Shown: positions 19,801 to 29,453, counted from the stretch's first letter. The stretch is 64,000 nucleotides of DNA from Candidatus Daviesbacteria bacterium (GCA_016195715.1 JACPZA010000010.1:14307-78306), one strand, 5' to 3'. A program made the numbers and translations. Notes: generated by a model from the sequence alone, not told the origin.

Positions 19801-19837
19801 AGAAAAAGCGTATAAAAAAACATTTAATGATTATTAA
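16832..19837 (+). CDS. purL: FGAM synthase synthetase subunit with N-terminal PurS-like extension
   Basis: WSEHCKH, ETHNSPS, DGIHGATFSS, SESQERM; no glutaminase domain. Confidence 0.95.
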   Translation: MVARIEVFAKVEDTRAKVKKKKLESSDFPGKIQELFLVDVFTIDKSFSLSQFEKIARMLINPVSQEFVVSTEKDKKYLNLKKFDFAIEIGFLPGVTDNIAHTVKEEIEDSFKEKFAQGENVYSSQIIFISGNLTQKNSENLVKNLINSLIQRAEIKSYSQYIKDRGMDFIVPKVKLTGKAEVIEVDLDISDEQLTLIGKQGIKNKDNTRRGPLALDLVYLKEIQKYFKKLNRNPTDIELETLAQTWSEHCKHTIFADPIDEIKNGLFKTYIKGATEKIRKKKGKKDFCVSVFSDNSGAIEFDNKYLITHKVETHNSPSALDPFGGALTGIVGVNRDTIGFGLGSKPVLNTYGFCFADPNNSTRYFRDKDLTQEVLSAKKIMEGVIEGVNVGGNCSGIPTPQGFLFFDDRYRAKPLVFCGTVGLIPKKAGAKLSHIKKAKPGDYIVMIGGRVGLDGIHGATFSSEEISSGSPATAVQIGDPITQKKFSDAIVKDSRDLNLFNSITDNGAGGLSSSVGEMAKESGGCKVFLEKVPVKYPGMQPWQIWISESQERMTLAVAKNKWKKFSKLMESRGVEATIIGEFTNSAKCQVFYKQSLPSGEGKNKLILDLEMEFLHNGLPKIHRKTKKPKLDINSRLSVEREYFSAKEALLKMLSRLNITSFEFISQQYDHEVQGESVLKPLQGKGRVNGEATISRVVLDSDQGVVLSQGLYPSYSEIDSYHMAASSIDSAIRNAVCVGANLEKLALLDNFCWCSSDDPERLYQLKMAAKACYDYAVAFRTPFISGKDSMFNDFKGFDERGESVKISVPPTLLISSIGIIDDIKKAVSLDLKFPGDLIYILGETFDELAGSELYFMLNQSGGNIPKVNAKVNLKLYQSLQKAIEQELVASAQSVNRGGLIIALAKTALAGKLGLEIDLKKLPGVVKKDDIALFSESQGRIVVSVSPENSKKFEKIMNGNNFNLIGEVRGDNQFKVMGISGKAIIETDLEILEKAYKKTFNDY
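18605..18637 (+). repeat. coding hairpin repeat, copy 2 (in purL)
   Basis: tataagcaaagcttgccttctggtgaaggtaaa; 32/33 identical to 11044..11076. Confidence 0.9.
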
Positions 19838-19839
19838 AC

Positions 19840-20640
19840 ATGAACAAACCTAAAGTATTAATTTTTTCAGGTTTTGGAATTAATTCAGAAGAAGAAACCA
19901 AAGTTGGGTTTGATTTAGCAGGAGGAGAATCTGACATTGTCCATATTAATGATTTAATTAATAAAAAATTTAAAATTAATGATTATCAAATTTTAGTTTT
20001 TCCTGGAGGATTTGCGTATGGTGATGATACTGGAGCTGGGTTAGCTTATGCCAATAAAGTTAAAAATCATTTATGGAGTGATTTAGAAAAATTTATTAAA
20101 AATAAAAATCTTGTAATTGGAATTTGTAATGGGTTTCAGATAATTGTTAATTTAGGTTTACTACCAGCGCTAAATTTTAAATATGGAAAGAGGGAAGTGG
20201 CATTACTTCATAATAAAACTGCCAGATATGTATGTAGATGGGTAGATGTCAAAGTTACAAATAATTCCCCTTGGTTAAAAGATTTAGACGAAATACCAAT
20301 TGTTATATCGCATGGTGAGGGTAAGTTTTTTGCAGATGAAAAAACTCTAAAAGAAATTAAGCAAAAAAAATTAATAGCACTAAATTATATTAAAGGTGAA
20401 ATTTGTAATTATCAAAATTTAGAATATAATCCAACTGGAACTTTAGATGATATTGCTGGAATTACTGATGAATCTGGTAGAATCTTAGGTCTAATGCCTC
20501 ACCCTGAAAGAGCTATGTTTTTTACTCAACGCCCAGACTGGTCATTACTTAAAGAGAAATTAAAAAGAGAAGGAAAAAAAATGCCTTTATACTCCCCTGC
20601 CATTCAAATTTTTAAAAATGCAATTGATTATTTTAAATAA
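19840..20640 (+). CDS. purQ: FGAM synthase glutaminase subunit
   Basis: PGGFAYGD, GICNGFQ, HGEG, MPHPER. Confidence 0.96.
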   Translation: MNKPKVLIFSGFGINSEEETKVGFDLAGGESDIVHINDLINKKFKINDYQILVFPGGFAYGDDTGAGLAYANKVKNHLWSDLEKFIKNKNLVIGICNGFQIIVNLGLLPALNFKYGKREVALLHNKTARYVCRWVDVKVTNNSPWLKDLDEIPIVISHGEGKFFADEKTLKEIKQKKLIALNYIKGEICNYQNLEYNPTGTLDDIAGITDESGRILGLMPHPERAMFFTQRPDWSLLKEKLKREGKKMPLYSPAIQIFKNAIDYFK

Positions 20641-20686
20641 TATTTTCAGATTTGATTTTTAGTAAGCAAATAGTATAAAATTAAAT

Positions 20687-21700
20687 ATGGCAAAGATCAA
20701 TTATACTATTGCTACTTTTGGATCTCACTCCGCGCTGCAAATTCTTAAAGGTGCTAAAGATGAAGGATTTAAGACTTTAATCATTACCCTTTTAGATAGA
20801 AAAGATTTTTATCAGCGGTTCCCATTTATAGATAAAATCATCACAGTTAAAAATTATTCAGACTTTCCAGAAATTGAAGAAAAGTTAGTTAAAGAAAATA
20901 TTATTTTAATTCCCCATGGTTCAATTGTGGCTTATTTAGGCTTGGAAAAAAATAAAAGTATGAAGTTAAAATATTTTGGCAATAAACAAGTACTAGATTG
21001 GGAAGCAGATCGAGCAAAGCAGCGAGAATGGTTGCATAAAGCTGAAATTAATTTACCAAAGCAATTTGATAATATTGATGATGTGACTTATCCAGTGATT
21101 GTTAAATCATATGGAGCTGCTGGAGGTAAGGGATATTTTTATGCTAAAAACCGACAAGATTTTGAAGATAAAATTCATCATCTAAAAGATGCTCCATTTG
21201 TAATTCAAGAATATGTTATTGGGGTGACTTTATATATTCATTATTTTTATTCGCCTTTAACTAAAACCATTGAAATAATGAGCATGGATAGAAGGTATGA
21301 AACTAATGTTGATTCATTAGGCAGAATTCCTTTAAGAGGACAAGAAGGTTTGGAAATTGAACCAAGTTATGTAGTGGTAGGGAACTCACCTTTAGTTTTA
21401 CGGGAGTCACTTTTACCAGAAGCATATGCAATGGGAGAAAGAGTTATAAAGGCATCAAAAGAGTTGATGGGTGAGCGAGGATTGTTTGGACCATTTTGTT
21501 TGGAGACAGTTATCACACCAGATCAAAAGTTTTTTGTAATAGAAATTTCTGGAAGAATTGTGGCTGGAACAAATTTATTTATCAATGGTTCGCCGTATTC
21601 GGATTTAATTTATCAAGAACCTATGAGTACTGGTAGAAGAGTTGCCAGAGAAATAGAAATTGCAATTAAAGAAAATAAACTGGGGGAAATTTTAAACTAA
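20687..21700 (+). CDS. purP: formate-dependent FAICAR synthetase (archaeal-type ATP-grasp)
   Basis: GSHSALQI..GAKDEGF, PHGS, DRRYE, GPFCLE, RIVAGTN. Confidence 0.9.
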   Translation: MAKINYTIATFGSHSALQILKGAKDEGFKTLIITLLDRKDFYQRFPFIDKIITVKNYSDFPEIEEKLVKENIILIPHGSIVAYLGLEKNKSMKLKYFGNKQVLDWEADRAKQREWLHKAEINLPKQFDNIDDVTYPVIVKSYGAAGGKGYFYAKNRQDFEDKIHHLKDAPFVIQEYVIGVTLYIHYFYSPLTKTIEIMSMDRRYETNVDSLGRIPLRGQEGLEIEPSYVVVGNSPLVLRESLLPEAYAMGERVIKASKELMGERGLFGPFCLETVITPDQKFFVIEISGRIVAGTNLFINGSPYSDLIYQEPMSTGRRVAREIEIAIKENKLGEILN

Positions 21701-22837
21701 ATGGATATAAAAAAGATTTTGAAAAATTATAATTTAAGTAATTTAACTATCGGAGTTTTAGGTTCACATTCTGCACTTGATGCTTGTCGAGGTGCAAAAG
21801 ATTTAGGATTTAAAACTTTGGTGATAGTAGAAAAGGGTAGGGATAAAACTTATGCAAAGTACTATGCTTCGACAGGCTCAGCAAATAATGTAGTTGGTTG
21901 TGTTGATGAGGTTTTTTATGTTAATAAATTTAGCGATTTATTAAAAGAAGATGTTCAAAAAAAATTAATAGAAAAAAATGTTATTTTCATTCCTCATCGC
22001 TCTTTTGAAGTTTATTTAAATTCTGATTTTGAGGCAATTGAAAATAAATTTAATGTCCCAATGTTTGGAAGTAGACAACTTCTAAAAGTAGAGGAAAGAG
22101 CAGTTAAACCAAATCAATATGATTTAATGGAAAAAGCTAAAATCAGATATCCAAAGCAATTTAAAAATCCTAAAGAAATAGATAGGCTTTGTATTATTAA
22201 AGTTTTGGAAAAAGAGAGAGTTTATGAACGAGCTTTTTTCTTAGTAGATTCATATCAAGGATTTTTACAAGAATCAAACAGACTTTTGACACTTGGAAAA
22301 ATTACAGAAAATGGTTTAGAAAAGGCTGTAATAGAAGAGTTTATTGTTGGAGTCCAAGTTAATTTTAATTTTTTTTATTCACCAATAAATCAGGGATTAG
22401 AATTAGTTGGAACAGATACCAGACGTCAAACGAACTTGGATGGGTTACTTAGACTGCCGGAAAATTACCAAAAACAGATTTTAGAAAATCATTTAGTGGA
22501 ATTAAAATATGAAGAAGCAGGGCATATTGCAGTGACGGTTTTAGAATCATTACTAGAGCCAGCTTTTGAAATTGGGGAAAAATTTATCAAAGCAGCTGAA
22601 GAGATGCTGGGTGGGGTAATCGGTCCATTTGGAATACAAACCATGATTATCCCAGGCCCACCAAAAAAAGAAATTATAGTTTTTGATATTTCTCCCAGAA
22701 TGCCGGGCAGTCCGGGAATTTTTGCATCTCCTTATTCTAGCTATTTATATGGAGAGAATTTATCTATGGGAAAAAGAGTGGCGATGGAAATTAAACTAGC
22801 TATAGAAAAAAATAAGTTGGGAGAAATTTTAACTTAG
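21701..22837 (+). CDS. purP: PurP-like ATP-grasp paralog (DUF1297 type)
   Basis: GSHSALD, PHRSF, DTRRQTNLDG, GHIAVTVLESLL. Confidence 0.85.
   Translation: MDIKKILKNYNLSNLTIGVLGSHSALDACRGAKDLGFKTLVIVEKGRDKTYAKYYASTGSANNVVGCVDEVFYVNKFSDLLKEDVQKKLIEKNVIFIPHRSFEVYLNSDFEAIENKFNVPMFGSRQLLKVEERAVKPNQYDLMEKAKIRYPKQFKNPKEIDRLCIIKVLEKERVYERAFFLVDSYQGFLQESNRLLTLGKITENGLEKAVIEEFIVGVQVNFNFFYSPINQGLELVGTDTRRQTNLDGLLRLPENYQKQILENHLVELKYEEAGHIAVTVLESLLEPAFEIGEKFIKAAEEMLGGVIGPFGIQTMIIPGPPKKEIIVFDISPRMPGSPGIFASPYSSYLYGENLSMGKRVAMEIKLAIEKNKLGEILT
21865..21883 (+). repeat. short CpG-rich palindromic element in frame in the second purP
   Basis: tgcttcgacaggctcagca (ASTGSA) with TGCT/AGCA ends. Confidence 0.5.
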
Positions 22838-22839
22838 GG

Positions 22840-23583
22840 ATGAAATACAAAGCACTAATGTTAGATGTGGATGGAACAATAGTTCCAATTCAAAGAGATA
22901 GTCTACCTTCAAAAAAAGTTATCCAAGCTATAAAAAAAGCTAATAAATTAATCCATATTGGTGTTGCAACTTCCAGACCATACTATGTTTTAAAACATAT
23001 TTTAGATTTGCTAGATTTAAATGGTTTTTCAATTATTAATGGCGGTGCCCAAATTATGGATGTTAGCAAAAGAAAAATAGTTTGGGAAAAAGGGATTGAT
23101 AAAAAAGATGTTATTGGAATGTGCAATATTATTCAAGACTTTGGTGTTAAGCCAAAAGTTTTAGAAAATGATCAGGATATACCATATACAAAAGAATATA
23201 TTCCCAAGAATCCTTTACAAGTTTGGGCTGGGGAGTTAACATTTAATAAAGCAACCAAGCTTGCTAAAAAGTTGTCAAAAATTTCTTCAATTACAGTCCA
23301 CCAAGTCATATCTTGGCGGAAAGATAAATTTGATTTAGTTATAAATCATGCTGAAGCGACAAAACAACATGGAATCTTTGAAGTCTCCAAATTGCTAAAA
23401 ATTAAAACTTCTGACATAATCGGGGTGGGCGATGGCTATAATGATTTTCCACTGCTCATGGCATGTGGCTTAAAAGTAGCAATGGAAAGTGCACCTGAGG
23501 ATCTAAAAGCGATTGCTGATTTTATTGCTCCATCTGTAGAAAAAGATGGAGTAGTTGAAGTAATTAATAAATATATATTATGA
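22840..23583 (+). CDS. Cof-type HAD-IIB hydrolase
   Basis: DVDGT, ATSR, GDGYND motifs. Confidence 0.92.
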   Translation: MKYKALMLDVDGTIVPIQRDSLPSKKVIQAIKKANKLIHIGVATSRPYYVLKHILDLLDLNGFSIINGGAQIMDVSKRKIVWEKGIDKKDVIGMCNIIQDFGVKPKVLENDQDIPYTKEYIPKNPLQVWAGELTFNKATKLAKKLSKISSITVHQVISWRKDKFDLVINHAEATKQHGIFEVSKLLKIKTSDIIGVGDGYNDFPLLMACGLKVAMESAPEDLKAIADFIAPSVEKDGVVEVINKYIL

Positions 23584-24995
23584 AAGACAAAAATAATTTT
23601 GATTTTTCTACCTACCTTTCTCCGTTTACTTGGCGTTATGGCTCGACTCAAATGCGGGAGATCTTTAGTGAAGAAAATAAATATAAAACCTGGCGAAAAA
23701 TTTGGATTGCACTGGCTAACACTCAATCTAAAGCTGGGTTGATAAACGAGGAAGAATTAGCTGATTTAGAAAAACAGCAAAATAATTTAGATATTGAGCG
23801 GATTTTAGAAATTGAAAAAGAAACAAAACATGATTTAGTTGCAGCTATAAAAGAATTTGCTGAAAAAGCAAAAGTTGGTGGGGGCAAACTGCACTTAGGT
23901 GCAACTAGTATGGACATTGTAGATAATGCTGATGCAATTAGAACAGGGCAAGCTTTAAGTTTAATTAAAAAAAAGCTAATTTCTATTTTAAATCAATTTT
24001 GTGAACTAATCGAAAAATACGCAGATTACCCAACTTTAGGTTACACTCATTTACAAGCCGCAGAACCTACTAGTTTGGGATATAGATTTGCTTTTTACGC
24101 TCAAGATTTATTGATTGACTTAAGATTCTTAAAATTTGTTCAAGATAGTTTTAAATCCAAAGGATTTAAAGGCGCGGTAGGGACATCGGCAAGTTATTTG
24201 GAACTTTTAGCTGGACAAAAAGTGACACCAGCAAAAATGGAAAAAGAGATCATGGATGAGTTAGATTTAGAATCAATAGATATTAGCTCACAAGTTTATC
24301 CAAGAAAGCTAGACTATTTGATTTTTTCAGCCCTTGCTAGTGCTGGCTCATCTTTAGCTAAATTTGCTAGTGACTTGCGCATTTTACAATCATTCGGTTT
24401 TGGTGAATGGATGGAGCCATTTTCTAAAAACCAAGTTGGATCTAGTGCTATGCCTTTTAAAAGAAACCCATTGAATGCAGAAAAAATTTGTTCGCTTGCC
24501 AGATATTTATCTCATTTGCCTACAATTGCTTTGGAAAATTCTATACACAATCACTTAGAGCGAACTTTAGATGATTCAGCTAATAAACGAATTATTTTAC
24601 CGGACGCATTTTTATCAACAGATGAAATTTTAGATACCGCCCAAAAAATTATTCAAGGCTTAGAGATTAATGAAAATAGAATTGATTATAATTTAGAACA
24701 ATTTGCACCTTTTGCAGCTACTGAGGAAATTTTAGTAGAAGCGGTTAAAAATGGCGCTGACCGTCAAGAAATGCATGAAATTATAAGGGTTATTGCTCTT
24801 AAAGCCTGGGGAAGAATTCAACAGGGAAAATCTAATCCAATGAAAGTTTTACTTTGTTCGGATAAAAAATTAACTAAGTTTGTAAAGGTTAGTAAAATTG
24901 TTGAGATGATTAAACACGTCGCAGTTTTAGGCGATGCACCGGAGCGTTCAAAATCTTTAGTTAAAAAAATTAAATTAGAGATAAAATCTAATTGA
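23580..24995 (+). CDS. purB: adenylosuccinate lyase
   Basis: HLGATS, THLQAAEP, GSSAMPFKRNP. Confidence 0.96.
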   Translation: MKDKNNFDFSTYLSPFTWRYGSTQMREIFSEENKYKTWRKIWIALANTQSKAGLINEEELADLEKQQNNLDIERILEIEKETKHDLVAAIKEFAEKAKVGGGKLHLGATSMDIVDNADAIRTGQALSLIKKKLISILNQFCELIEKYADYPTLGYTHLQAAEPTSLGYRFAFYAQDLLIDLRFLKFVQDSFKSKGFKGAVGTSASYLELLAGQKVTPAKMEKEIMDELDLESIDISSQVYPRKLDYLIFSALASAGSSLAKFASDLRILQSFGFGEWMEPFSKNQVGSSAMPFKRNPLNAEKICSLARYLSHLPTIALENSIHNHLERTLDDSANKRIILPDAFLSTDEILDTAQKIIQGLEINENRIDYNLEQFAPFAATEEILVEAVKNGADRQEMHEIIRVIALKAWGRIQQGKSNPMKVLLCSDKKLTKFVKVSKIVEMIKHVAVLGDAPERSKSLVKKIKLEIKSN

Positions 24996-25021
24996 CTTAA
25001 AAAAAGTTTAGTGATAAAAAT

Positions 25022-25537
25022 ATGCAAATGCCAAAGGTAGCAATTATTTTAGCATCTGATTCTGATTTAGCTGTGATGTCTGATGCTATAAAAGTTTTGG
25101 AAGAATTTAAAGTTGAATATCTTGTGACAATTTCATCTGCTCACCGTTCTCCTTCGCAAACTATTGAATATGTTAAAAAAGCTCAAAGCAGCGGAATAAA
25201 AGTTATTATCGCCTCTGCTGGGTTAGCTGCTCACTTGGCTGGAGTTATTGCAGCGCATTTTCCATTACCTGTAATAGGAGTTCCAATTAAAACTGGAGCA
25301 TTAAATGGAGTTGATGCTCTATATTCAACAGTTCAAATGCCACCTGGAGTTCCAGTTGCAACTGTCGCTATAGATGGAGCAAAAAATGCAGGGATTTTAG
25401 CAGTGCAAATCTTAGCAACTTCAGATAAAAATTTAGAAGAAAAATTAATTGACTATAAGAAAAAAATGGCAGAATCAGTTTCGGATAAAGCCGTGAAATT
25501 AAAAGAAAAAGGTTGGCAAAACTACTCAAAGGATTAG
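25022..25537 (+). CDS. purE: AIR carboxylase/N5-CAIR mutase (start may be 25028)
   Basis: SDSD, SAHRSP, PVIGVP, QMPPGVPVAT. Confidence 0.96.
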   Translation: MQMPKVAIILASDSDLAVMSDAIKVLEEFKVEYLVTISSAHRSPSQTIEYVKKAQSSGIKVIIASAGLAAHLAGVIAAHFPLPVIGVPIKTGALNGVDALYSTVQMPPGVPVATVAIDGAKNAGILAVQILATSDKNLEEKLIDYKKKMAESVSDKAVKLKEKGWQNYSKD

Positions 25538-25543
25538 CTTTAA

Positions 25544-26485
25544 ATGGTTAGTGTACTAAAAACAGTAGATATTCCAAACTTAGGTAAAAAACATCAGGGT
25601 AAAGTCAGAGATACATATATTCTTCCTGACAAACGAATAATTATAACAACAGATAGACAATCTGCTTTTGATAAAATTTTAGGTCATATTCCGTATAAAG
25701 GTGCTGTCTTAAACCAACTTTCAGCCTATTGGTTTAATAGTACAAAAAAAATTATTCCAAATCATATTATTGATGTGCCAGATCCAAACGTTTCAGTTGT
25801 GAAAAATGCCAAGCTTGTGCCAATTGAAATGGTGGTGAGAGGTTATATTACTGGAGTTACTGATACCTCAATTTGGGGATCTTATGAAAAAGGAGAAAGA
25901 GTAATTTATGGTATTAAATTTCCAGATGGTCTAAAAAAGAATCAAAAATTACCAAAGCCAGTTATCACTCCAACTACAAAAGCTGAGTCTGGACATGATG
26001 AACGGTTAACTGAAAAAGAGATTTTAGAGAAAAAAATAGTTGAACCAAAGATCTGGAGACAGATGAAAAAAGCAGCTTTAGCTATTTTTGAAAAGGGGAC
26101 TAAAGTTTGTAATAGAGCTGGAATAATTTTAGCTGATACTAAATATGAATTTGGCATTTTAGATGGGAAGTTAATGTTAATTGATGAGGTGCATACACCA
26201 GATTCATCCAGATTTTGGATTAAAAAAACGTATAAAGATAGATTTAAAAAAGGCTTAGAACCAGAAAGTTATGATAAAGAACCTTTAAGAATTTGGTTTA
26301 AAGAACATGGTTATAGTGGTCAAGGAAAACCTCCTATTATGCCAGATGATTTTGTTAAACACATGTCAAATCTTTATATAGGAATTTATGAAAAAATTAC
26401 TGGCAAAAAATTTAAAGAATTTAGATATCCAATTAATAAAAGAATAGAAGAAAATGTTAAAAAATATTTAAAGTCTTCTAACTAA
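25544..26485 (+). CDS. purC: SAICAR synthetase (long Ade1-like type)
   Basis: GKVRD, TDRQSAFD, EMVVRGY, DTKYEFG, DEVHTPDSSRFW. Confidence 0.96.
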   Translation: MVSVLKTVDIPNLGKKHQGKVRDTYILPDKRIIITTDRQSAFDKILGHIPYKGAVLNQLSAYWFNSTKKIIPNHIIDVPDPNVSVVKNAKLVPIEMVVRGYITGVTDTSIWGSYEKGERVIYGIKFPDGLKKNQKLPKPVITPTTKAESGHDERLTEKEILEKKIVEPKIWRQMKKAALAIFEKGTKVCNRAGIILADTKYEFGILDGKLMLIDEVHTPDSSRFWIKKTYKDRFKKGLEPESYDKEPLRIWFKEHGYSGQGKPPIMPDDFVKHMSNLYIGIYEKITGKKFKEFRYPINKRIEENVKKYLKSSN

Positions 26486-26526
26486 ACTTGCATTTCTGAA
26501 TTTTTGTGCTAGCATTATCTGTTTGT

Positions 26527-26940
26527 ATGGGTAGAGTTTTAGAATTTTGGTCTCAACTAGAATGTGGTCTATCACTTTCTGCACTAGCTGTAGTTAGAAC
26601 CTTTAAAGATCAGTTGGTTGGAGATTCATTAGAGGTGAATAAGTTTAATGGAACAGGAACAATAGTGTCGGGGTTAATAAGAGGAGAAGTTATCACTCCT
26701 TATACACCTAGACAATTTTTAACCAGAACTGATATTAGTGGTTTAGCGGTAGTTCGTTACCAGCTTTTTTCAGACACTCCAGTTAGAATTGAAGATCTCC
26801 CAATGAAAGTCCCGGATCTAGATTATATAGTGCAAGGTAGCACCCCAGAACCACCAGTGTTCGGTTGCGCCTGGAGAAATAATCACAGATACCGAAGTCA
26901 ATTAGCTAATTTACTTTTATATCTTAATGGAAATCCTTAG
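26527..26940 (+). CDS. hypothetical protein (orphan)
   Basis: open frame filling the purC-purM gap; ATG 26527 follows TG-c-TAGCAT. Confidence 0.6.
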   Translation: MGRVLEFWSQLECGLSLSALAVVRTFKDQLVGDSLEVNKFNGTGTIVSGLIRGEVITPYTPRQFLTRTDISGLAVVRYQLFSDTPVRIEDLPMKVPDLDYIVQGSTPEPPVFGCAWRNNHRYRSQLANLLLYLNGNP

Positions 26941-26942
26941 AC

Positions 26943-28052
26943 TTATCTGATCTCCAGATCAGATCCTTTATAAACAATATTTTTGGGTTTAATAATTACT
27001 TGTTTTGGTCCAGACTTAACCATACCCGCATTCAATGCTTTAAAATTATTTTTTTGAGCAATTTCTAAAACTCTTTTAGTTAAATTTTCTGGAACAAAAA
27101 TTGCAAAGCCAGCACCCATATTGAAAGTGGCATACATTTCTTCATCACTAAACTGCGAATGTTTTTGAATAAAATCAAAAATAGGTTGGGGAGTAGGGAG
27201 ATTGTTTATTTCATAAGTTAATTCTTTATTGGCTCTCATTAACTTTCTAAAGCCATGCCCTGTGATGTGCACCATATAATGAATATCAATATTTTGTTCA
27301 AATAAATCTTGCACGAGCTTTGCATAAATATGTGAAGGAGTTAGTAGAGCTTCACCAAAACTTTTTCCATTTTCTAATTTGGTTAGGTAGCCTTCTGGCA
27401 ATTTTTCTGCGATAAATCTGGCTAGCGACAAACCATTTGTGTGTATTCCACTGCTTTCAATTAAAACTATAGCGTCACCTTCAGTTAATTTTTCTCCCAA
27501 AATTAATCTCTGCTTTGGTTTGATAATTCCTATTGCCGAACCTGCTAAAACAATTGTTTCTGGAACTATTACTCCTTTCATCCCGGGCGTTTCCCCTCCA
27601 CCCCAAGTTACCCCTGATTCATTGCAAGCATCTCTAAAGCCTTCAACTAAATCTTTTGTCCTGGCTTTATTAAACCACCACTCAGAAGTTCCAGCTCCAA
27701 AGTAAGCATTTAAAACTAGTGGCTTGGCACCTACTACAATTAAATCATTAATTACACAGGCCACAGTATCTTTGGCAATTTGATCATAGTAACTTTTTCC
27801 GCCGCTTTGATACATAGCATCTGCTACTAAATTTTTGGTTCCCAAAGCTTCCATAACAAAGCTTCTATAGCAGTCTTCTTCTTCCCAAACAAAAGCAGAT
27901 TCTCCTCTACTTTCTTCAACTTCTTTAAAATTTGATTGTTCTAAATTTTTGGAAGTTTGTTTACCAGCTTGTTGAGCTAATCTTTTTAAATAATCTAGTG
28001 ATTTATAATTAACCCCAGTTGTAGAATATTTAATTGAATTTTTATCTGTCAT
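26943..28052 (-). CDS. purM: AIR synthetase
   Basis: GVNY, LGTK, GGETP, SSGIHTNG, HITGHG, FNMGAG. Confidence 0.95.
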   Translation of the reverse strand: MTDKNSIKYSTTGVNYKSLDYLKRLAQQAGKQTSKNLEQSNFKEVEESRGESAFVWEEEDCYRSFVMEALGTKNLVADAMYQSGGKSYYDQIAKDTVACVINDLIVVGAKPLVLNAYFGAGTSEWWFNKARTKDLVEGFRDACNESGVTWGGGETPGMKGVIVPETIVLAGSAIGIIKPKQRLILGEKLTEGDAIVLIESSGIHTNGLSLARFIAEKLPEGYLTKLENGKSFGEALLTPSHIYAKLVQDLFEQNIDIHYMVHITGHGFRKLMRANKELTYEINNLPTPQPIFDFIQKHSQFSDEEMYATFNMGAGFAIFVPENLTKRVLEIAQKNNFKALNAGMVKSGPKQVIIKPKNIVYKGSDLEIR

Positions 28053-28056
28053 TTAA

Positions 28057-29412
28057 TTAAGCAATTTTAAGTCGTGAGATTTCTATCATCTCATCTGGAA
28101 GATCAAAAAGTAAACATATATTGAAGCCTCCAAAACCAGCTGAATTAGACAGAGCTACTCTAATTCTCCTAGATCTTCCTTGCCTTAACCAGTCTAAACC
28201 ATCCTCCCCACCTACAAGTCTTTCCAAATTAGCCGTCCCTGGGGCAAATTGTTCTCTAATTGCTAAAACAGTAATTCCAGCCTCGACTCCTCCAGCTGCT
28301 CCCATTAAATGCCCAGTCATAGATTTTGTAGAGCTTACTGAAGTAGAAGCTCCTACTGGTACAAATAACTTACTGATACCTTGTTTTTCCTCTGGATCAC
28401 CAACCTTAGTTCCAGTACCGTGTGCGTTTATATAATCTACATCTTTTGGCAAATAACCTGATTTCTGCAAAGCTAAACCTATGGCTCTTTGCAATCCTTC
28501 TGCTTCCTCGGCTGGAGCTGTTTCATATTTAGCATCCATGGTTTCTCCATAGGCAGCTAATCTAGCATAGGGTTTTGCTCCTCTTGCTCTAGCATGAAAT
28601 TCATTTTCTAAAACTAAAAGTCCTACTCCTTCTCCTGGAACAAACCCTGTTGCCCCCTCATCAAAAGGGCGGCTGGATTTTTCTGGCGGGATGTCAGCTT
28701 TAGACATTGCCTTTATTTGACCGTAAGTAGCTGCAGTAATTTGGGAATCCTCTTTTGTGCTAACAATAGCTTCTACTCCTCCTGCAATTACCAGGTCTGC
28801 ATCACCCATTTGAATTGTTCTCATCGCATCAGCTATAGCAGAGGCACCTGTTCCACAAGCCGACCCTATTTGTGAACCAGGGCCTTTAATTTTTAGATTT
28901 AGGCTTGGAACTGAAGCCACTCTTTCAGGCTCATATTGCAGAGCAGTATATAAAGGTACTATACCTTTCTCTCGCATCATTTCAAAAGCTTTACCAGAGT
29001 ATAAACTCCCTCCTGAACCTGTACCTATCCTTAAACCAACTCTTTCTGAATTAAATCTGCTGGTTCCGCCTTGCTTTGGCAAAAGATCAATTGGGTCAAT
29101 ATCAGCATCTAATAAAGCTTCAATTGCTCCACATAGTGCTAGTTGAGCAGTACGGTGAGCTCTTTCTTTAAGCCTTTCAATTTGTTTTTCAGTTAGAAAT
29201 TGTTGATAATTTCCAAGGCTAAACTCTTGAGGAATTAATCCAACATTTATAAATCTAATTCTGCTTTTACTATCTGGATCAAAATCTAAACGAGTAATTC
29301 CTGGTTTACCAGCTTTAATATTCTGCCAGGTGGTTTCCGCGTTGATCCCACACGGGGTGATCATCCCTACACCTGTTACCCAAACGTCTGGAGCTTCAAT
29401 AGTTCTTGGCAT
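28057..29412 (-). CDS. fabF: beta-ketoacyl-ACP synthase II-like protein (ORF open to 29448)
   Basis: VTGVG, SAC, RPFD, GEG, NAHGTGT, KSMTGH, GFGG: Cys-His-His triad intact. Confidence 0.88.
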   Translation of the reverse strand: MPRTIEAPDVWVTGVGMITPCGINAETTWQNIKAGKPGITRLDFDPDSKSRIRFINVGLIPQEFSLGNYQQFLTEKQIERLKERAHRTAQLALCGAIEALLDADIDPIDLLPKQGGTSRFNSERVGLRIGTGSGGSLYSGKAFEMMREKGIVPLYTALQYEPERVASVPSLNLKIKGPGSQIGSACGTGASAIADAMRTIQMGDADLVIAGGVEAIVSTKEDSQITAATYGQIKAMSKADIPPEKSSRPFDEGATGFVPGEGVGLLVLENEFHARARGAKPYARLAAYGETMDAKYETAPAEEAEGLQRAIGLALQKSGYLPKDVDYINAHGTGTKVGDPEEKQGISKLFVPVGASTSVSSTKSMTGHLMGAAGGVEAGITVLAIREQFAPGTANLERLVGGEDGLDWLRQGRSRRIRVALSNSAGFGGFNICLLFDLPDEMIEISRLKIA

Positions 29413-29453
29413 AAACATTATCCTATAATGGAATTTGCAGGTTGTCAAATAAA

